Shown here: in pieces, positions 46,429-55,699 of the stretch
Layout: every line of letters starts with the position of its first letter
Position numbering within the stretch: the stretch's first letter is position 1
Notes under the pieces: model-generated
What the model was told of the DNA's origin: nothing
The model's input: the letters and a program-made list of their open reading frames with translations, nothing else
The model's database searches: none
NCBI GenBank assembly: GCA_002269645.1
Contig: NIVC01000020.1
Coordinates: 62,001 to 126,000 of the forward strand
DNA from: Macrostomum lignano
Lineage: Eukaryota
Direction: 5' to 3'
DNA length: 64,000 bases
Made by a program: the position numbers and the translations under genes

Positions 46429-46746
46429 TCAGTAGGCAGACGCAAAAATGGTGTCCAGAGCGATCGGCTCGTCCAGGGTGAGCAGGCAGGTGTCGGGGCC
46501 GCAGCCGCGGGCGAAGCCCCACTCGGTCATGAGGACGAGCTCATCCGGCCCGGGCTCCGGCTCCTGGCTGGCCTGCTGCAGCGCGGCCAGCAAGTCGAGA
46601 CCGGCCTGCTTTGCGGGCACCCGGGGCGCCGTTGCTATGGTGACGTGGGCCCGCGACCCCGCCGGCAGACGCGGCGAGCCTGGCGGAGCCTCATTCTCCG
46701 AGACGTCATGGTCCCACAGGGCCAGCTGCTGCTCCGAGAGGTCCAT
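46429..46746 (-). CDS. CNP: 2',3'-cyclic-nucleotide 3'-phosphodiesterase, exon 3
   Basis: MDLSEQQLALW...LPAGSRAHVTIA...QAGLDLL (second HxT; compare vertebrate LSEQQLQLW...LPRGSRAHITL...QTGLDLL). Ends IFASAY. Acceptor ttgcag|. Confidence 0.88.
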   Translation of the reverse strand: MDLSEQQLALWDHDVSENEAPPGSPRLPAGSRAHVTIATAPRVPAKQAGLDLLAALQQASQEPEPGPDELVLMTEWGFARGCGPDTCLLTLDEPIALDTIFASAY

Positions 46747-46774
46747 CTGCAACCCAGTCGGAATTACTGAATTT

Positions 46775-47040
46775 GATTTCAGTGCCGATATGTATAGAAA
46801 ATCAACACTGAATCTGATTTCAGCCGATATGTATAGAAAATCAACACTGAATCTGATTTCAGCCGATATGTATAGAAAATCAACACTGAATCTGATTTCA
46901 GCGGATATGTATAGAAAATCAACACTGAATCTGATTTCAGCCGATATGTATAGAAAATCAACACTGAATCTGATTTCAGCCGATATGTATAGAAAATCAA
47001 CACTGAATCTGATTTCAGCCGATATGTATAGAAATCAACA
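46775..47040. repeat. 39-bp minisatellite filling a CNP intron (46747-47062)
   Basis: Unit gatttcagccgatatgtatagaaaatcaacactgaatct, about 6.5 copies. Confidence 0.95.
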
Positions 47041-47062
47041 TAACTACAAAATCGAGCCGAAC

Positions 47063-47521
47063 CTTAAAGCTGACGGTGCGGGTGGTGACGCAGATGGCGG
47101 ACACCGCGGTGTGGAACACGCGGCCCAGCGCGGCCTGCACATCCGGCCTGTTGTGGTAGTCTATCTGGCTCACCAGCTCCTGCTGGCTGGCGCCCCGGCG
47201 GCCGCAGAACTTGGCGGTGGCGTGCAGCAGCGGCGGCGCGGGCGACTGAGGCGGAGACGCGGACCGCTGCTTGCGAGACTTGGACCTCCGGCCTGAGGAA
47301 GCTGGCACTGGAGGCTCCGCGGTGGCGACCCCGGCGGGCAGCTGCGGCAACGGCTCCGGTGCGCCTGTGGAGGAGGAGGCCAGGCAGTCGAGGAAGTCGC
47401 GGGCCAGGCGGAACAGGCGGGCAGCATCGGCGGACTGCAGGAACCAGGCGTAGTAGGTGGGGTGCGCCGCCTCCCAGCTGGACAGCCGCTGCTCGATGAT
47501 CTCGAGGGGCACCGAGTGCAG
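47063..47521 (-). CDS. CNP: CNPase exon 2
   Basis: LHSVPLEII...PTYYAWFL...LHATAKFCG (first HxT; compare LHCTTKFC)...AVSAICVTTRT. 459 nt, phase 0 at both ends, canonical AG and GT. Confidence 0.88.
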
Positions 47522-47557
47522 CTGCGGGGTAGGATAAGAAAATAGAGGCTAGATGAT

Positions 47558-48006
47558 TCCCAGCTACTCATAGTAGTATGCGGTCCGCAGCTCCCGGCAA
47601 ATCCCCAGCTACTCATAGTAGTATGCAGTCCGCAGCTCCCGGCAAATCCCCAGCTACTCATAGTAGTATGCGGTCCGCAGCTCCCGGCAAATCCCCAGCT
47701 ACTCATAGTAGTATGCGGTCCGCAGCTCCCGGCAAATCCCCAGCTACTCATAGTAGTATGCGGTCCGCAGCTCCCGGCAAATCCCCAGCTACTCATAGTA
47801 GTATGCGGTCCGCAGCTCCCGGCAAATCCCCAGCTACTCATAGTAGTATGCGGTCCGCAGCTCCCGGCAAATCCCCAGCTACTCATAGTAGTATGCGGTC
47901 CGCAGCTCCCGGCAAATCCCCAGCTACTCATAGTAGTATGCGGTCCGCAGCTCCCGGCAAATCCCCAGCTACTCATAGTAGTATGCGGTCCGCAGCTCCC
48001 GGCAAC
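47558..48006. repeat. 45-bp minisatellite filling a CNP intron (47522-48010)
   Basis: Unit cagctactcatagtagtatgcggtccgcagctcccggcaaatccc, 10 near-identical copies abutting the donor site. Confidence 0.95.
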
Positions 48007-48010
48007 CAAC

Positions 48011-48664
48011 CGTGCGATTGGCGAGCTGCTGAGCGTCGAAGCGCCAGGGAGTCTTGGGCACAACCAGCAGCAGCACGTAGCCGAAGCGGGTGGCCAGGTC
48101 GACGTAGAACTGGAACTCCCAGCGGCGCACATTAGTGTTGTCCACAATCACTGGCGACTTGCCGCAGCTCATGGCCTCGTAGGCCCGGTTGTTGCAGGCC
48201 TCGTGGGCGTCCTTCAGCCTGTCAGCGTCGAACTGGAAGGCGCCGCTGGCCGGGTCGATGAAGAAGAGGTCGGCAGAGCAGACGGTGCTGCCGGGGTACA
48301 GCTGGCAGAGCAGGCGGGTGAGGGTGGACTTGCCGGAGCCGGGCAGGCCGCGCATGAGGAACAGGACCCGGTTGGCGCGCAGCCAGGCCAGGCTGGCCTC
48401 CTCCGCGGTGAAGGGGAAGGCGGCGTGGGCCAGCAGGCGGGCGCCGCTGCTGGGCACCAGCGACTCCGACTCGGTGGAGCCGACGGCCTCGCCAGCGGCG
48501 CTGCCGTTGACAGGCGCGGCCTCGGAGCCGGGGGTGGCGGCCGAATCAGAGACGTCGTCAACTGCTACGACCAGCCGGGAGCCGAAGTCGAAGGCGCCAT
48601 CGTTGCCGGGGCAGTCGGCCTCGCCGCGGAGGCAGCGCTTGCAGGCGCTGTTGCTGTTGCCCAT
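48011..48664 (-). CDS. CNP: CNPase exon 1 (P-loop polynucleotide-kinase-like domain)
   Basis: MGNSNSAC start; LMRGLPGSGKST, VCSAD, IVDNTN..WE, PKTPW. Donor ACG|GTTGG at 48010. Possible 5'UTR exon ending at 50826 (G|GTGAG) spliced to the acceptor at 48688. Confidence 0.88.
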
Positions 48665-49066
48665 GGCGACGGGGTCGGCGGGTGCAGCTGTCGGTGGGGG
48701 GGGGGGGGGGGTCAGGATTGATTGACAGGCTAAATAAAAGGCGGCGCTTGAGGGCCTGTGGAGCACATAGATCCCACAGGATGCTCTGAATGTGTTTTGT
48801 ATTTGCCCTGTTTGCTCTTGCACTAGGGTGGGTCAGGGTAGGACAGGTAGACTAGCTTAGACACGATGTTAGGAGAAACTGGGATGATACTGGGCCACAG
48901 CAATCATTTATAGATGAGAAAACTTGTAGATTCAACCAGAAATTTACATTGGATAAAATCAATATCATGTGACTCTTGGCCAACAGTGACTTGCATGTGT
49001 TCCAAGATTCCTGGATCCTAGGATTTGGCCTCTAAATCTAGGATATCCCAAAACAGATATCTAGGA

Positions 49067-49393
49067 TCCTAAGATTATCCTAGAATTTAAAACAAACTTT
49101 GTGGCTTTGGGATCACTAGAATCAGAAGACTACAAGAATTTTGTCTTCCTTTTTTGTCAGTAGAAATGGCTAGATGATATGTAGAGTCACGATGATGCTA
49201 GACAGAAATGGATTTCATTCTAGTGACTAGAAATTGGAATTAGAAATCTATTTTTTGTCTAGCATCATCGTGACTCTGCATATCATCTAGCCATTTCTAC
49301 TGACAAAAAAGGAAGACAAAATACTTGTAGGTTTCTGATTCTAGTGATCCCAAAGCCACAAAGTTTGTTTTAAATTCTAGGATAATCTTAGGA
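49067..49393. repeat. Long near-perfect inverted repeat (foldback), arms of about 140 bp
   Basis: 49067-49204 is the reverse complement of 49256-49393 with a few mismatches. Confidence 0.92.
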
Positions 49394-51240
49394 CTTAGTA
49401 TAATCTAGGACTGGTGTAGATAGTGCAAAAGTAGGATATCTATTACCATTTCTAGCAGATGGTACAAAGCAAAATACAAGTATCTATTAAATAAATTTAA
49501 AAAAGTAATATACTTGTAACATGAACTATCTCTTTGTGCAAATAACTAAGTTTTCTTATAAAGATAATATATCATTTTGATTATCAAATGATTCTAAAAG
49601 TTGCATACTATATATATATATATCTATTAGAACACTTAGAATTAAGGACTATATATAAGATAAATGAGAGAACAATTTTATATTACTATTTAGCAAATTA
49701 ATTTAATCATTTGCTTTTTATTTTTATTATTTTAAACAGCTTTAGTGTTTAATATTTTTGCAAAAATAGTTCCAGGGATTAGAATTTCATAGATTCAAAA
49801 TCCACAGCTTTTAATAGTTTGTTATTAAGCCTTATTTAATTTCAAGTTTTAAATAAAAAAATTAATCCGAGACTTTCTTGATTTGAGATAAGAATCTATT
49901 GAGAAATAGACAAGTATTAAATAGAATATAAGTCTAAACTTAGATTATAAGGCCTAGATAGATCTAAAAAATTATAATTCATAGATAAATATGGCATAAG
50001 TCTAGGTATTATATTTATAGGCTTAATGCATTAAGGATTTGTCAAAATTATAGAACAAACTACACTTGTGACTTGATCTTAAGTTAGACCTACTAGGCTT
50101 ATCATTATCAATTTCTATTTAACACCTAGCATAACCTAGGCCTAGTCATTAGGTCTAGTCTTAAGATAGCATGATTTTATTTTATTTTATTGGAATTTAG
50201 TTAAGCCAAAATTAAGAAATAAAAAATTATACTATAGGTTGTAAAATGCAAATGAAATAGAAGTGAGAAGGGCTAGGCTAATTGGCTGCAAAGAGAGAGG
50301 GGACACAATGTACAGTGGCCAGTTTGCAGAGAGTAGGCCCTTACAAATCAAGCTGCACAATGCCTATGGCTAGGCTATGGCCGCTATGCCATGTCTAATA
50401 GGCCTAAGGCTAAAATTAATTTTTCAATCCTTTTAAAATGTTTTAACTAGGGCTGGGGCCTACCTTGTAGCAGTCAGCTCTTTGCAATTGCAGACAAGCA
50501 AATTCTTACAAAACTTTAAGCCTAGGCCCTAAATCTCTCTCTATCCCTCCTTTTCCAGTCTTGACCCTCTATTAGTAGAGTCTAGGATCTGCCTTTTTCA
50601 ACAAATTTCTGGTTGGAACACTGGCATAAGCATGTCCAAGACTTAATGCCTAAAGCCTTAAAGCCTACCATGCACCACTAGGCCTAGGCTAGGCCTATAA
50701 TTAACAGCCCAAGCATTATTGTTAAAATCAAATGTAAGCAAAGGCCTAAAATAAATTCTAGAAGCTAGTCTGCTAGACTGACTGAATTTTTACACAGGGC
50801 CTAGGCTAGGCTGTAAGATGCTCACCTTCTGCTTCTTTAAGGGCAAACTCGGTGTCACTTTTCAGTCGATGTGAAACATCGACCAATGCTAGCGCTGCTA
50901 GCTTTTCTGCTGCGTGATCCGTTCTCCGTTGTTAGGGTCTACTCGATGAGTCGATTAATTAGGCCCTACGATTTGAATCCACAAAACGTTTTCTAGGAAT
51001 TCGGTAATCTAAGACTTACAAAATTCAAGACTTACGAAGTATTAGAATTGCGTTTGACTTTGGCCTATAAATAAACACAACTAAGCGCTTGACGGTTCTT
51101 GGTTTACACAATGTGTCGCATCGTTATGTATCATTTAATGAAATAATTCTTATCATTTCATTTAAATATCATGAACTATCCAGATACACTACTGGTATCA
51201 GTAGCACTGATAGAAAATTTACGTTTTACAAGAGCTATTG

Positions 51241-51926
51241 CAATTGGGGTGCTTTCACAAGGTCGAAACTTCACAAGGTCGAAATTTCACAACATCGAAA
51301 ACTTTAGCAAGAGACTTCATAAGGTCGAAATTTCATAAGGTCGAAATTTCACAACATCGAAAACTCAAATAGCAGCCACTTTCACAAGGTCGAAACTTCA
51401 CAAGGTCGAAATTTCACAACATCGAAAAATCTAGCAAGAGATTTCATAAGGTCGAAATTTCATAACATCGAAAACTCAAGTGCAGCCACTTTCACAAGGT
51501 CGAAACTTCATAAGCTCGAAATTTCACAAAGTCGAAAATTTTTCTATATCAAGAACCATACAGTAGTTTTCTACGTTGTGAAATTTCGACCTTATGAAAT
51601 TTCGACCTTATGAAGTCTCTTGCTAAAATTTTCGATGTTGTGAAATTTCGACCTTGTGAAGTTTCGACCTTATGAAAGTGGCTGCTGTTTAACTTTTCTA
51701 CGTTGTGAAATTTCGACCTTGTGAAATTTCGACCTTATGAAGTCCTTTGCTAAAGCTTTCGATGTTGTGAAATTTCGACCTTGTGAAGTTTCGACCTTGT
51801 GAAAGTGGCTGCTATTTGAGTTTTCGATGTTATGAAATTTCGACCTTGTGAAATTTCGACCTTGTGAAAGAAGGTGCTTTCGACGTTGTGAAATTTCGAG
51901 TTTGTGAAACCCCCCCTTGCAATTGA
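51241..51926. mobile_element. Foldback/MITE-like element built from inverted arrays of tttcacaaggtcgaaa sub-repeats
   Basis: The left half carries tttcacaaggtcgaaa units and the right half carries tttcgaccttgtgaaa units. Ends resemble ttgcaa-G-run / C-run-ttgcaa. Confidence 0.7.
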
Positions 51927-52214
51927 AGTCTAGTAAGATTAGACTTTCTAGTTCGCCAGTTTTTAGAATTCGCTATTGGAATCTTGGAGTCCATTTGCTA
52001 TCTTATTATGTAAAAACGAGACTTAATAGATAGTAGGTCAAAGGGACAAGTTGTAAAGTAAGAAAAGCATTTTGACCGAGCCAATTTTATATTAGCTACA
52101 ATTTTATACATATTTTCGTATTTACAGCAACAATGAAAACCAGCACGAAAAGAAAGCATTTAGCTTGATTAGATGCATATAGAATATGAGTTAGACACTC
52201 AGTTTCCACTACAG

Positions 52215-52583
52215 TTATATGTAGTGGTTTTTTAGAGGCAGGGGGTTGTGTGCACCTTGGCGCACTTTAAGCGACATAGGCACACAACCGGCGAGAGGCA
52301 ATACTTGCCCATTCCGCCGACTCCCCTGAGCAGGCATACAAGCGCGCGGATACGTACGCAGGCACACACTCACACAGGATTGTACAGCGGCCCTCACTTT
52401 ATTTTATCGTTAGGCATGTACACTTCACTGCGCCTTGGGGGGTTGGCTCTCAAGGCCGTTAATTGCACGAGCAGAGCCAAGTCGAGATTCCAATTCAGCC
52501 CCAAATTAATGTGACTGCACTTGGAATCGAGCCTGGGTCGCTGGCACACCAGAGCAGCTGCGCTACCGCTGGGCTACGGCCCC
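52215..52583 (-). mobile_element. Probable tRNA-derived SINE (head at 52514-52583; 3' limit uncertain)
   Basis: GGGGCCGTAGCCCAGCGGTAGCGC (A box) ... GGCTCGATTCC (B box), continuing into non-tRNA sequence. Confidence 0.55.
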
Positions 52584-52670
52584 CTTTATATACATGGTTG
52601 GATTTAGCACAAATTAATAGTCAAAGTCTCTTCTGCAACCGCCGTACATTCTGTTGGAAGTCCTCAGTGA

Positions 52671-53177
52671 CTAGTGTCTCCGCCATTCACTGTTCCTGCG
52701 CTTCTGCTTCCTGGCCTCCAGTTCGTAGTCAATGAAGTCGCTCTCTCGTACGTGCCAGCTCCAAGCGAAGGTTCCGCAACTCTTACCAACTTTGGACAGA
52801 TTCACCGGGCTTTCAGGCTCCTGCTGATCCAGTTTCTTCCGTTCTCTGACCTGATTACGACTCTCGTAGTCGTCAGCCTCCCGAAGCGCCCTGTGCGTCT
52901 CGTTCTGCTCCTGAAGTATCGCGAAGTGAATACTTATGAGGTGACGCTCGCTACTTGTCAGCTGACGAGGCTCAGCTTCCTGCTGCCCGACCTGTGTGCT
53001 TTTGCTTTCGCTTGACAAACCGTCCGAATTGGAGAGCCCGAGGGAGGCTGGCAAGGTGGTAGCTTCGCTGTCGCTGCTACTGCTGAGGTAGCCGAAGTCC
53101 TTGCGTTGCCGTCGAATGAAGCTCTGAAGCTTGTTGGTGACGGTAAAGAGTCGAGACTTGGACTTGTGGCTTGGCAT
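52671..53177 (-). CDS. Hypothetical 168-aa protein, no recognised domain
   Basis: ATG start, non-repetitive open frame, charged/coiled composition, upstream pyrimidine-rich acceptor-like site. Confidence 0.4.
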   Translation of the reverse strand: MPSHKSKSRLFTVTNKLQSFIRRQRKDFGYLSSSSDSEATTLPASLGLSNSDGLSSESKSTQVGQQEAEPRQLTSSERHLISIHFAILQEQNETHRALREADDYESRNQVRERKKLDQQEPESPVNLSKVGKSCGTFAWSWHVRESDFIDYELEARKQKRRNSEWRRH

Positions 53178-54319
53178 AGTGAGAGCTGGCGGGCTGGCCG
53201 TGCGATGGGCGCTGCGGTATCGCCCAGATAAATAGTCTGAGGGGCGTCAGGTATAGAAAATCTGCGGTTTCTCTGAAGGCACCAAATCGTCATCGTTATT
53301 TTTTCGGTGAATTCTTTTCCAAGGAAAATCCAGCAGATTGCAGGACCTTCCGCGAATTGTGTAAATCGCTAAAAATAGATTCCATACCTTGGCATTATTT
53401 TCACTGCTTGGTGTGCAAGAACGAGTGGGTTGCGGCTCGAAAGAAAACTCACACTTGTCTGCGTACGTTAATGTACATTTTGAGTACAATGTCGAGTGCA
53501 CACCGTATGAAGAAATTTGAGCAGTCCTTCATCGTTCGTTGCAGACCTCTATTTCACCAGGCCTGCATGAGTCAGTTTAGCACTATTGATGCAGTACATG
53601 CACAAGAAAACATCCAGTGCGTGTATATATCTGGGATATTTACATGAAATTTGTTCTCACTTAATATTCGACATAAGGCTAATTCTAATTATAATAATAG
53701 AAGCGGTGCTAACTTTTCTGTATCTTCTGATGACGTCAGGAGAGAATTAAGAAAGGCTGTCGGTTCGCTCGTATTTAATAAGCAATTAAGCTGCAAAACT
53801 AAGAAAACATTTCGAGGACAGAATTTCCAGCGTAAAGAGAAAGACGCAATGAACTCACCATTTGAGCAGCCTCTGTTTCCACCATTTTTGGGCTTCAAGG
53901 CAGCCATTGCATTGGCCATGGAGTGTGACGATATTGTTATAAAAGCCGGCTTTCTTGCCTTAGATCATGCACAATATCCTGGCTTTACTGCTAGTGGCTC
54001 CTCTGCCTCTAACATGACTTGCTTTTTGGTAAGCAGAATGAGAGATGGATGCCCTACAAGCAGTCGTGCGTTTAGCAGCTCGTATAAACAATAGCCGTGA
54101 AATTTATCGTGCTCCTGTTTATTATTTAAATAAATTTTTAGATCTAAAGATTTAATAGTTTAAATTTTGCTATAAATATCAGTTCGTTTCTAAGTTCAAA
54201 TTCTATAGGATAGATAAAATACAATAGTAGTATACACAGTTTGACAAGAGCTATAGAGTATTTAAAACAGTTTAGGCTATAAAAGCCTTGCATTTGTTCG
54301 GAATGAAGTCTTTGTAGAA

Positions 54320-55699
54320 TCAACAAAGGCTCCTCTCGGACACGGACACGAAGACCCCGGCGCACCTGGTGCTCCGGCCGCTGTTCCAAGCGTAGCTCGC
54401 CGCCTTCACAAGTCGCGGCAGAAGCTTCGGATCGGCGCCAGTTGCTTCGGCGCTGCTGATCCTCGCGAACACCCGCATGCCTTGGCTCAGAACGCGCAGC
54501 AGCTGCGCTCGGACGGTCGGCCGGCCAGACAGGAGGCGTCCGAAAGTGACAGCTGAGAGTCCGTGACGAAGGCGGCTGCCGGCTTTGAGAGAGAGGACTC
54601 GGCCGAACAGCGGAAAGCGCCGGGCACCGGGCCGCGGCTGTACGGCGAGCTCCACTGCGCGCTGACCTCCGCCGGAGCTGCGGGTCAGAAACTGACGAAC
54701 AGAGCCGCTGCCAAACTGTTGCCATGACAACCCGTTCACTCTTCCGGGCTGTCCAACAAGACGCCACGGAGACCAACTAATAGAGGCAGTAGATGTGGGG
54801 AGCTTCTTAGTAGAGCAAGTCTTCACAGATTTCGTCCTCGGATTTATTGATTTGGTCGCCACAGCAGTGATCTTGGTTGTCTTCTTCGCCTTCACTGGAG
54901 TCCTTTTGGTTGCCACCTTGGCCATCTTAGCTTTTATAGTTTTTGTCGCAGAGCTCACCGTGGCCGCTGCTTTGGTGGACCCAGCAGCAGAGGTGGCAGA
55001 CGCTCTCTTCACGAGTCCCAGCATGCGACTTACGTCACCAGGCAGAGCCGGGCCATCCCTTGTGCGCACCTCGTGCTCGTAAATGTCCTGAAGAGCGTCG
55101 GAGCTGCACTCTCGGTATGCGATGGCCATCAGGAAGTCGCAAACTCCGCGAATCTCGGCGAGCGGCAGGCGCAGACCAGCCGTCACTTTGGCTACGTGAT
55201 CCATAAACCTGGTTGCCTGATCGTCCGCTGAACGGCACTGCACACAGTACACGGTCACTCCAAGCTAGCGCAGCAGCTCAACCTCAGCCTTCCAGTCAAT
55301 GCTATATTTGTTCCTGCTGCTGCCGACCTCATGTGGATACGAGTCGCCAATCAGCACCAGAGCTCGAGTGCTGTTCTTGCGCCACGTGAGGTGAGTTCTC
55401 GCCTGCTGCAGCACCAGCTCGTAGCACTCTGGCCTGTCCGAGCCACCTGTACTCGACACGGTCTTAGCGAATTTCACCAGATCAGCGGTTGAGGTGCCAA
55501 AGTCCCGTATCTCAGTTTCATAAATGTCACCGTAGTCGCCATGAGCGATGAGAGCCACGCGGATCTCCGGGATGTCCGCGCTGAGTCGCTCCAGCATCTC
55601 AGCAATATTCTTGCGCACTTCATCAAGCACTGAGCACATGGAGCCGGTGGTGTCAAAAGAGAAGGCCAGGTCGAGCGGCATCAGGCCAGGATGAGCCAT
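54320..55699 (-). CDS. vWA-domain protein with a Lys/Thr/Ala-rich tract and a C-terminal domain ending YAWN; one in-frame TAG at 55265-55267 (readthrough, pseudogene or error)
   Basis: LDLAFSFDTTGSM, IAHGDY, TGGSD.PECYEL and LVLIGD..PH are vWA MIDAS motifs. ORFs 55265-55699 and 54320-55258 share a frame and the vWA fold continues across the stop (ELLR*LGVTVYCVQC). Confidence 0.75.

Noticed and set aside
50826-50930. In-frame N-terminal extension of CNP from the upstream exon (CNP2-like isoform)
   Set aside because: The frame is open but has no ATG after the upstream TAA, so it is treated as 5'UTR.
53651-54094. 147-aa plus-strand ORF
   Set aside because: TTG start, no recognisable motif, and no supporting splice structure.
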